DNA from: Beijerinckiaceae bacterium
GTDB taxonomy: Bacteria; Pseudomonadota; Alphaproteobacteria; Rhizobiales; Beijerinckiaceae
Length of the DNA: 59,714 nt
Direction of reading: 5' to 3'
Assembly (NCBI GenBank): GCA_036758905.1
Contig: DAIOVR010000002.1
Location: forward strand, 1-59,714
Below, piece by piece: positions 52,359 to 59,505 of the stretch (its first letter is position 1; each line of letters starts with the position of its first letter). Below the pieces are notes generated by a model. It had not been told where the DNA came from and ran no database searches. It saw nothing but the letters and a program-made list of their open reading frames with translations. The position numbers and the translations under genes were made by a program.

Positions 52359-53233
52359 GCGGCATCCCCAAATAAATTTGATTGCCGATCAACGGAATCC
52401 AAATACCGGCACGCCTGGCGCCAATAAGCCTCTTTCAGTTCCGTGCCAATAAACTTTCGGCCTAGCTTGAGAGACATATACCCCTCAGATCCAATCCCCA
52501 TAAATGGGCTCAAAACCACATCCCCGGCATTGCTCCACATAATCAAGGCCCGCTCAATCACATCAAGCTGCAATGGACACAAATGGCGCTCATCATTATG
52601 TTCCCGCGCCATGTGGACGTTCAAAACATTGGATTGGTTGACAGTCATCCATACCGGGCTGGCCCATTCCTGCCATTGTTCAACGGGGAAATCTTCCGGC
52701 GTATGAGTGATAGGATCAGCATTCTCGCCCGGTTTCACAAACGTCAAAAGGTAATCGGGCATCCCGCCGCGACTTTTGGCGCTGTCTTTTTTTAGCTGCT
52801 TATAAAGCAAGCCGACATGCTTTGTACGGGTCATTTCCGTGACAGGGCATTTCCAGATCGTGCGCCGTGAATGCAAAATCCATCCTTCCGCCTCATGAGC
52901 ACGAATAATTTGCCCGCTGAAATCCTTGATCCCAACCGCGCCATCTTTCCATTTAGTCATCGGGAGATCGGAGCAATGAACGGCAGTCAGCCGCCCAGGT
53001 TTGGTTACACGGAATTTTTCGCGCACCAAAAATTGATAATGGGCTGCAAATTCTTCATCAGTAGAATTGCCCATATCGGCGGCACTGGTCGAATAAACAA
53101 ACAGCGATCCGAAAGGCGGCGAATAGACCGAAAAATCAATGCTTTCGCTCGGTAACTGGCTTATGACGCTAACGCAGTCTCCGTTGAACGCCGCAAACCG
53201 CTCGCCGTGGTATTCGTTGTCGCAGTCAACCAT
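52355..53233 (-). CDS. Beta-class N6-adenine/N4-cytosine DNA methyltransferase
   Basis: Motif IV SPPF (VYSPPFGS) precedes motif I SPFMGIGSE (beta order). Confidence 0.8.
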   Translation of the reverse strand: MVDCDNEYHGERFAAFNGDCVSVISQLPSESIDFSVYSPPFGSLFVYSTSAADMGNSTDEEFAAHYQFLVREKFRVTKPGRLTAVHCSDLPMTKWKDGAVGIKDFSGQIIRAHEAEGWILHSRRTIWKCPVTEMTRTKHVGLLYKQLKKDSAKSRGGMPDYLLTFVKPGENADPITHTPEDFPVEQWQEWASPVWMTVNQSNVLNVHMAREHNDERHLCPLQLDVIERALIMWSNAGDVVLSPFMGIGSEGYMSLKLGRKFIGTELKEAYWRQACRYLDSVDRQSNLFGDAA

Positions 53234-54600
53234 GATGGTAGTCTCCCTTTGTGTTTAGGTTCGTAAGCAATCTTTGTTTGTTGAGTAGTGGTAGCAGACC
53301 GAAGCATGGCGGCGCGCATGGCGGATTTCATCTTGCTGTGATCCATCGCCTTGCGGTCAATCACGCGTCCGATCTCGGATTCACCCTCTGCAACGATCAA
53401 GTGAACATTGACAGGTTTAGTCTGTCCAAACCGCCAGCAACGGCGGACGGCCTGATACCATGTCTCATAGGAATAGCCGCGACCGACAAACGCCATATCA
53501 GCGCAATGCGACCAATCTAAGCCATATCCAAGCATCGACGGCTTGCCGATCAGCACCTTGATATCGCCCGAAGCAAAAGCCTCTAGTCGGCTTTCCTTTT
53601 CATCAATGGATTGTGCCCCCCGAACCTCAACCGCAAAAGGCAAAGCCTTTTTAACGCTGTCGGCTTCATAATCGGTATCAACCCAAATGATCCACGGTTT
53701 ATCTTGAGTGACGAAGCCGCCCAAAACATCCGTTCTAGCGGCAGCGGTTTGACGTTTCACGTCATGCAGATTGGTCGCTGATAGGGCCAGATGGGCAAAT
53801 AGATCATTGCCATCGGTTTTAATTTCGGTTTGGGCCGCCTGATGCCGGATAATTTCCATCGGCGGCAGATCAAACCGCGAGTCAGTTTCCATGTCCCCCA
53901 GATCAGCCGGACGTTCAGCCATCCGGCACCAAGATGCCATCCAATCCCAAAATGAAATCTCAGCATGACCCTTAAGCCGCCACTCTTGGGAAGCGGTTGA
54001 AGTGTCATTGATAAAGAACCGGGATAGCATTTCATTTGCGGCCATGATTTCAAGAAATTCAGCATAATTGCCAATTTCCATGTGATCATTCGGGGCCGGT
54101 GTCGCGGTCGCTGTCAGCTTAAACCGATGACCCTTGAACGCATCAATCAACGCCCGCGTGGTTTTATTTGTAAATGATTTAAGAATTGACGCCTCATCAA
54201 GTGACACGGCACCAAAAGCATCAGGATCAATCTTATCCAAGCGGTCATAATTGCAAATGTTAATTCCTGGTCCAACATCTGACATTTCGCGGATTACGCG
54301 GGCCTCATAACCATACTTATCCGCCCGGCGCTTGGTTTGTTGCGCGACAGCTAACGGCGTCAGCAATAAACCGCGCCCGTTAGTCGCCTTCATGGCGTGG
54401 TACAAATACTCAAGCTGGATCTCGGTTTTGCCCATGCCAGTGTCTAAAAACAACCCAGCCGCGCCGACGCGCAAATTATGGTCAACGCATTCGCGCTGAA
54501 ACGGAAACAAATGATCCGCTAACAACGCATCGCCCTTTAAGCCGCGCATAACCGCACGAGGCTGCTTGGACGCAAGAAAAGATTGATAATCACCGTTCAT
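53161..54600 (-). CDS. SNF2/DEAD-like helicase
   Basis: LDTGMGKT (motif I), SLDEAS (motif II) and C-terminal helicase motifs ...RCWRFGQTKPVNV. The start is ATG 54600 or 54639. Confidence 0.8.
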   Translation of the reverse strand: MNGDYQSFLASKQPRAVMRGLKGDALLADHLFPFQRECVDHNLRVGAAGLFLDTGMGKTEIQLEYLYHAMKATNGRGLLLTPLAVAQQTKRRADKYGYEARVIREMSDVGPGINICNYDRLDKIDPDAFGAVSLDEASILKSFTNKTTRALIDAFKGHRFKLTATATPAPNDHMEIGNYAEFLEIMAANEMLSRFFINDTSTASQEWRLKGHAEISFWDWMASWCRMAERPADLGDMETDSRFDLPPMEIIRHQAAQTEIKTDGNDLFAHLALSATNLHDVKRQTAAARTDVLGGFVTQDKPWIIWVDTDYEADSVKKALPFAVEVRGAQSIDEKESRLEAFASGDIKVLIGKPSMLGYGLDWSHCADMAFVGRGYSYETWYQAVRRCWRFGQTKPVNVHLIVAEGESEIGRVIDRKAMDHSKMKSAMRAAMLRSATTTQQTKIAYEPKHKGRLPSWLTATTNTTASGLRRSTETALAS

Positions 54601-54796
54601 TTGGTGTCCCAGCATAAAATTTTGTGTCAACCGGCTCACCCTCGCCTATCCATTCCAGGCACTCGCTCCAATATTCATGGTGCGAAAGCCCATTGTTTCG
54701 ACCCGTGCGCGCCCATTTGCCGGTGCCTATGGCCCAATCCACTTGAGACTTGGGAAAGTGGCGAAAATACCGGATTGCGGGCGCCGCACTCATCAT
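54590..54796 (-). CDS. Hypothetical small protein
   Basis: ATGA overlap with the C5-MTase stop. Confidence 0.4.
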   Translation of the reverse strand: MMSAAPAIRYFRHFPKSQVDWAIGTGKWARTGRNNGLSHHEYWSECLEWIGEGEPVDTKFYAGTPNER

Positions 54797-55980
54797 GCCG
54801 CCGCCCTCACATCCATATATGCACCTATGAACTCTGCCGCTGCTTGCGGGACAATCGCGTTACCGAAGCCGCGCAACATACCCACTCGGTTGGGTAGCCC
54901 ATCAACCAAGAGACAAATTCCGGGTTTAACTGGCCTGGCTTTTCCGTCGATCCCGACAATCCGTTCTGCATCGGCCCAATAATTGCCGCTTGAACGTTCA
55001 ACGCTTGGCTGTTGCGTTCGAATTGTGACGGCCCCGCGTTGTTTTTGGCGTCGTTCGTTGTCGGCGTCGACCAATAAACCATAGACGGAAGCGTCATGCT
55101 CCCCGATCCGTATTTCTGGTTCGGTCCGCCCTTGTCGCCGTCTGTCGCTTTGGGCGTCGACCAAAGCGCCGGCACATGATCCTGCAAATTGACCTGGTGC
55201 CCCGATTGTATCCGGGCTGCCGCTTTGTCCGGGTCCGTATAGTCCCCGCCGCCCTTCTCGCGCACTTGCGGCGTCGCCCAAAGCGCCGTCGTCTGGCGCA
55301 ACAACAAGCCCCCTTGTAAATTCGGTTGAAGCTGCGCGCCCGTCCCGTCGTTCGCCCGAGGCGTCGGCCAAAGTGCTTGGATCGTATTCTGTAGCGTCAC
55401 TGTTGCTTTTGAGCCGTCCGGCCGGACCCCTGTCGGCGTCGTACCGGGAGGATTGCTTTGCCCGCCGCTCGGAGTTGTGGGCGTGGGCCACAAAGAACAA
55501 TCGGTCGCGGCGGTGCGGCGCGCCGACGGCACAAGCCGGAATAATCGCCGCCCCAACGGCGTAATCAAGTCCTTCAAGATCATTGGCGACATTGTCGAGC
55601 CATGATTGACCAACCGCTGCCGCAACCTGTTCGCCAAACAGGTTTGAAGGTCGACACTCGCCGACGAGCCGAAACAATTCCGGCCAGAGGTGACGCTTGT
55701 CGTCGACCCCTTGCCGCTTTCCCGCGACACTGAAGGGCTGGCATGGTGGCGAGCCGGTCCAGACGGGACGGTCGACCGGCCATCCGGCAAGTCTAAGAGC
55801 CTCGGCCCATCCCCCGATTCCGGCGAAGAAATGGACTTGGTCGAATCCGACAAGGTCGGCGCCGGTGACGTCGCAAATAGATCGAATGTCGACGAATCCA
55901 TCTGGAATCAATCCTTGTTTGATTAGCTCGCGCAACCAAGCAGCGGCAAACGGATCGTTTTCGTTGTAATAAGCCGTCAT
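54793..55980 (-). CDS. DNA (cytosine-5) methyltransferase (frame A)
   Basis: Motifs FFAGIGG (I), SPPCQPFS (IV), GEQV (VI), PHRRDRLFFVA (VIII) and GFGNAIVPQ (X). The middle ~180 codons are low-complexity. Confidence 0.8.
   Translation of the reverse strand: MTAYYNENDPFAAAWLRELIKQGLIPDGFVDIRSICDVTGADLVGFDQVHFFAGIGGWAEALRLAGWPVDRPVWTGSPPCQPFSVAGKRQGVDDKRHLWPELFRLVGECRPSNLFGEQVAAAVGQSWLDNVANDLEGLDYAVGAAIIPACAVGAPHRRDRLFFVAHAHNSERRAKQSSRYDADRGPAGRLKSNSDATEYDPSTLADASGERRDGRAASTEFTRGLVVAPDDGALGDAASAREGRRGLYGPGQSGSPDTIGAPGQFAGSCAGALVDAQSDRRRQGRTEPEIRIGEHDASVYGLLVDADNERRQKQRGAVTIRTQQPSVERSSGNYWADAERIVGIDGKARPVKPGICLLVDGLPNRVGMLRGFGNAIVPQAAAEFIGAYMDVRAAA
54825..55901 (-). CDS. Overlapping +1-frame ORF (frame B) with five WxTP repeats and a motif-IX-like LMGYPTEW
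   Basis: A 358-codon open frame nested in the MTase gene. Repeats are LWPTPT, LWPTPRANDG, LWATPQ, LWSTPKATDG and YWSTPTTNDA. The C-terminus reads LNPEFVSWLMGYPTEW. Confidence 0.5.
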   Translation of the reverse strand: MDSSTFDLFATSPAPTLSDSTKSISSPESGDGPRLLDLPDGRSTVPSGPARHHASPSVSRESGKGSTTSVTSGRNCFGSSASVDLQTCLANRLRQRLVNHGSTMSPMILKDLITPLGRRLFRLVPSARRTAATDCSLWPTPTTPSGGQSNPPGTTPTGVRPDGSKATVTLQNTIQALWPTPRANDGTGAQLQPNLQGGLLLRQTTALWATPQVREKGGGDYTDPDKAAARIQSGHQVNLQDHVPALWSTPKATDGDKGGPNQKYGSGSMTLPSMVYWSTPTTNDAKNNAGPSQFERNSQALNVQAAIIGPMQNGLSGSTEKPGQLNPEFVSWLMGYPTEWVCCAASVTRLSRKQRQSS

Positions 55981-56408
55981 GCCGCCACCGCATCCAATTC
56001 AAATGCTTCGATGGTTACTTTGACCTTGGGCTTATCCGCCCAATGCCGCCGCACGGTCAGCCAAATGATTTGCTTGTCATCTTGGTACACAACGCCGTTA
56101 AGAGCATCGCAAACCGCCTTGGCGACATTATCCAGATCGACCCGATGAATCGGTGCAAACGTCCCTTTTAAAGCCGCATTGCGTTGACGTGCTGGCCAAG
56201 ATTTAGGAGGCACGACAAACACATTGATGGTCGCCGCTATGGCATTGCCAACCGGATCATCTTTGAACACGGCGCGCGCCGCCCATTGAACGGCTTGCTC
56301 ATATTCAACCGTCTTGGCGGGAGTATAAACATGACCCTGTTTGGTCATGCGCGGACGCTGTTTGCCGACCGGCTCCCCGCCAATTTCAAATGTCGCCAAG
56401 TGACGCAT
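55977..56408 (-). CDS. rusA: RusA Holliday-junction resolvase
   Basis: GKQRPR...DLDNVAKAVCDALNGVVYQDDKQI. Confidence 0.9.
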   Translation of the reverse strand: MRHLATFEIGGEPVGKQRPRMTKQGHVYTPAKTVEYEQAVQWAARAVFKDDPVGNAIAATINVFVVPPKSWPARQRNAALKGTFAPIHRVDLDNVAKAVCDALNGVVYQDDKQIIWLTVRRHWADKPKVKVTIEAFELDAVAA

Positions 56409-56686
56409 CAGGCCGCAACACGCTTTAATGCGGCTTCACCCAACGGAGTGGTGGCAAGCATGCCCAAAGCGTTCAAATACAATTCCAGCTTTGCTTCTTC
56501 TTCATCGCGCTGCGCTTTGTCTTTTTTGCGAAGCGCAATGACCTTGCGGATGATTTTGGTTTCAAACCCGTGAGCAGCCGCCTCCGCGTACACATCCTTA
56601 ATGTCCCCAGCCAGCTCTGCCTTCTCGGTTTCAAGGCGCTCAATCCGCTCCACTATTGACTGCAATTGTCCGTTTGAAATTGTCAT
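56408..56686 (-). CDS. gapR: GapR-like (DUF2312) nucleoid-associated protein
   Basis: LQSIVERIERLETEKAELAGDIKDVYAEAAAHGFETKIIRKVIALRKKD...LELYLNALGM. ATG 56686. Confidence 0.8.
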   Translation of the reverse strand: MTISNGQLQSIVERIERLETEKAELAGDIKDVYAEAAAHGFETKIIRKVIALRKKDKAQRDEEEAKLELYLNALGMLATTPLGEAALKRVAA

Positions 56687-56786
56687 TCTCAATCTCCAAA
56701 AAGGCCAGGGCCAAAGCCCCGGCAAGTTGAGGGAGGTACGCCCGTGTGGGCCTGTTGAGCAGGTAAAAACCCGCAATTCTTAAAAC

Positions 56787-57236
56787 TCAATCGCCAGTTA
56801 AATCGGAAAATACAGGTCCATCACTTTGTGACCCGTTCGAATGCACCAATGGCCGATCCGATTCAGCGCGGATGCCGTCAAAATCAGCCCGCGCTTGTAA
56901 AATGCGATCCGCCAATTGCGCATGTTCTTTCTGTAAATCATCCAATTCCCCTCGGATTCGTAGCATTGCCGTGTCGCCACAAGCTGGTTCAAACACAAAC
57001 GCCACAAACCGATACCCAAATAAGCCGCTTAACCGCGAAATATGCTTTCCGCTTGGGTACTTGCCCTCAAGCCATTCCCGAACGGTGCGCTCATCACTAT
57101 CAACCGCTCTCGCCACCTCTTTCACGGTATTGCGCGGATAGGCTTGGCGCAGCCAGAACGCCACGCGCGATCCCATTTCAGGAACGGCATCAACGCACGG
57201 CATTTTTTTGGTAACTTTCACTGTGTATTTGCTCAT
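56787..57236 (-). CDS. HTH regulatory protein (CII-position)
   Basis: ATG 57236. NTVKEVARAVDSDERTVREWLEG. Second gene of the Cro-side operon. Confidence 0.45.
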   Translation of the reverse strand: MSKYTVKVTKKMPCVDAVPEMGSRVAFWLRQAYPRNTVKEVARAVDSDERTVREWLEGKYPSGKHISRLSGLFGYRFVAFVFEPACGDTAMLRIRGELDDLQKEHAQLADRILQARADFDGIRAESDRPLVHSNGSQSDGPVFSDLTGD

Positions 57237-57451
57237 CGTTCCCTCGCATTTTAATGATGCAAGGACGGGAGCCAGATTGATGATTGAACGGGAATTGGAG
57301 CGTGACGACCTTGGCCGGAATGACACGCTCGACAATTGGGTAAAACTTGATATGGCGACAGGACTGGCCTTGATCGTCATTGGCTGCAAACTTATTAACC
57401 GGTCGGATCATCCCCAACCGATTGGCGAACAAGTTGCGGCCAATGACTGAT

Positions 57452-57700
57452 CTAGCCAGCATTACGCACCTCATCATTTTGAGATTGCGGCAATGGCACC
57501 AAAAAAATGTCTGGCCTTAATTCGCACCGGGAAATACCGGTTGCCCTTTCAATGGCCAACGCATTTTCGGCTGAAATCTTGGTTGAACGATTAACCCATG
57601 CCCAAATGGACGGCTGTTTGACCCCAATGGCGCGGGCCAAGGCGTTTTGTCCACCGGCAATCTCTAATGCGCGTTGCAGCGCGGTTATAGGCGTGTTCAT
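57452..57700 (-). CDS. cro: Cro-like / YdaS-type HTH repressor
   Basis: GGQNALARAIGVKQPSIWAWVN...ALAIERATG. Divergent from the CI-like gene. Confidence 0.7.
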   Translation of the reverse strand: MNTPITALQRALEIAGGQNALARAIGVKQPSIWAWVNRSTKISAENALAIERATGISRCELRPDIFLVPLPQSQNDEVRNAG

Positions 57701-57701
57701 A

Positions 57702-57751
57702 GGTTTGTCTATATAGGCAAACCAAAGCCGCGTCAATAGTGGATGCTATTG
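57702..57751. promoter_or_regulatory. Immunity-region candidate operators
   Basis: Palindromes GGTTTGTC-TATATA-GGCAAACC (57702-57723) and CAATAG-N6-CTATTG (57734-57751) lie between the divergent cro-like and cI-like starts. Confidence 0.4.
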
Positions 57752-57783
57752 GAAAAATGAGTTTTTTTAATTAATGTGCGGAC

Positions 57784-58446
57784 ATGGAAACTTTAGGTAA
57801 ACGAGTGCGCGCCCGTCGCGCTGATTTAAAATTGTCTCAAGCGGAACTTGCCAGCCGCGTGGGCATATCTCAGCCGTCTTTATCAGCCATTGAAAATGAC
57901 GAGACTCAAGGCACCACCAAAATATTAAAGCTGGCAGAAGTATTGGAATGTGACCCCAATTGGCTTTTGATGGGCAATAAACTAAAGTTTAGCGTCCCCA
58001 ACAAACTTACAACTTATAAAAATAATCCTGTTGCAAACGAATCAGTTTTTACTACCATCAATATGGGCAAAAGAGACTTACCTATTAGAGGTCTGGCTCA
58101 AGGGGGTGATGGGGTGCTAACATTTGACCAAGACGCAATAGATTATACTTTTCGTCCATCTAATTTAGTCGGCATAGATGAAGCGTTTGCGCTTTATGTT
58201 ACCGGCGACTCCATGGGCGAAGTCTTGATCCCAGGCACTTTGTTATTGGTTCACCCCAAACAAGAACCAAAAATTATGGATTTTGTCGTTATTGAAAAAA
58301 TTGACCGATCCGTAATCGTTAAACGATTGGTTCGCAGATCGGCCAATAGCGTCACCTTGCGCGAATACGACCCGCCCAATGATTTTGTGCTTTCTCGCAG
58401 CGAAATTCGAATGATGTTGCGGGTTTGCGGGACGGCCATGGAATGA
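57784..58446 (+). CDS. cI: CI-like repressor (XRE HTH + S24 LexA-type peptidase)
   Basis: LSQAELASRVGISQPSLSAIEN; YVTGDSMGE...VIVKRL (Ser/Lys dyad). Confidence 0.9.
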   Translation: METLGKRVRARRADLKLSQAELASRVGISQPSLSAIENDETQGTTKILKLAEVLECDPNWLLMGNKLKFSVPNKLTTYKNNPVANESVFTTINMGKRDLPIRGLAQGGDGVLTFDQDAIDYTFRPSNLVGIDEAFALYVTGDSMGEVLIPGTLLLVHPKQEPKIMDFVVIEKIDRSVIVKRLVRRSANSVTLREYDPPNDFVLSRSEIRMMLRVCGTAME

Positions 58447-58769
58447 AACGGCTTGCCGCACTCTTTATACTAGGAGCATGCGCCAGCCCTCAGCTGGCCA
58501 CACCCCAACAAAAAAACGAGGCAATCAAAACCTGGTTTGATTGCATGACTATAAAAGCCGTGCAATTCGACGACCACCAATCCGATGCCGGATCAATCGC
58601 TTTGGGCATTATGGGGCTTTGCCACACGGATTTTATGGAAAGCGTGCGTTTACAATTAACCGGCACATCCCCAGCCCTTCAAACCAATCTTAAGGCCAAG
58701 CTTTTAAACGATGAACTGCCAATGGCAACCAGCGTCGTTTTAACGGTGCGATCCCCTCAAAAACGCTAA
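58443..58769 (+). CDS. Lipoprotein co-transcribed with the repressor
   Basis: MKRLAALFILGAC lipobox. ATGA overlap with the cI stop. Confidence 0.6.
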   Translation: MKRLAALFILGACASPQLATPQQKNEAIKTWFDCMTIKAVQFDDHQSDAGSIALGIMGLCHTDFMESVRLQLTGTSPALQTNLKAKLLNDELPMATSVVLTVRSPQKR

Positions 58770-58848
58770 TTTGACGCCGGGCAAATTTTTGCAAATTTTC
58801 TCCATGCCCAAAATTATCGGTATTTCTATATTGCAATAAATTTGCCTA

Positions 58849-58877
58849 TTGACCGTAAATATAGTTTGTCCTATAAA
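58849..58877 (+). promoter_or_regulatory. Near-consensus sigma70-type promoter of the plus-strand early operon
   Basis: TTGACC (58849-58854), 17 nt, TATAAA (58872-58877). Confidence 0.45.
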
Positions 58878-58886
58878 TATTTCCGT

Positions 58887-58954
58887 CACCGGATGCACCC
58901 CCGGTGAAGCAGCGGCCCCGGTACAAACCCTCCTGCATCGAGCCGGGGCCGCTG
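58887..58954 (+). promoter_or_regulatory. Structured leader: two GC-rich hairpins
   Basis: CACCGG/CCGGTG (58887-58906) and a perfect 12-bp stem CAGCGGCCCCGG/CCGGGGCCGCTG (58910-58921 / 58943-58954) with a 21-nt loop. No U-tract follows. Confidence 0.4.
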
Positions 58955-58976
58955 ACCACCACAAGGGAGATTTGAT

Positions 58977-59174
58977 ATGGCCCGCCTAACGTCAGAAATT
59001 GAGGTTAAATCTTGGGAAGTGTTCCAAACTAACTCCACCATTATGCTTACTGGTTACGACAACGCGGGCAGCGATGTTGTTACCGTCTACGCCACTGACA
59101 AAGAATTGGTTGCCTTGCGCGATGTGTTAATCGCTCGCTATCCGGTAATCACCGAAATTCGGGTTGCCGCATAA
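58977..59174 (+). CDS. Hypothetical early protein
   Basis: ORF track entry. GGGAG SD. Confidence 0.5.
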   Translation: MARLTSEIEVKSWEVFQTNSTIMLTGYDNAGSDVVTVYATDKELVALRDVLIARYPVITEIRVAA

Positions 59175-59500
59175 TGCGCTACGAAACCCTATTCACGCTT
59201 AAAAGCGATGACATTGAAATCGAATACGAAATCAATGTTGATTACGAGCATAATGAAGCATACGGCGGCGGTTGGTCAGAACCCCGCGTGCCGGAGCATT
59301 GCGACATTATCAGAGTTACCGGCAGAGCATATCTGCAAGGCGGCAGAAACCCGATCATGGGCCAACCGTTTGATTTTATGCCCCTACTGTCAGCAAGCGC
59401 ACTTCAAAGCCTAGCGGACGCTTGTTTAAACGATCACAACGGCATGATTGCGGACGCCATGGAAATGCGCGCTCTGGAACGCCGTGATGCAGCGGAGTAA
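59174..59500 (+). CDS. Hypothetical early protein
   Basis: ORF track entry. TAATG overlap with the previous gene. Confidence 0.5.
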   Translation: MRYETLFTLKSDDIEIEYEINVDYEHNEAYGGGWSEPRVPEHCDIIRVTGRAYLQGGRNPIMGQPFDFMPLLSASALQSLADACLNDHNGMIADAMEMRALERRDAAE

Positions 59501-59505
59501 TTACT

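Noticed and set aside
12926-57736. A BPP-1-style diversity-generating retroelement, given the BPP-1-like head genes
   Set aside because: No reverse-transcriptase-like ORF (no YxDD motif protein) was noticed, and no template/variable repeat pair near the fibre genes.
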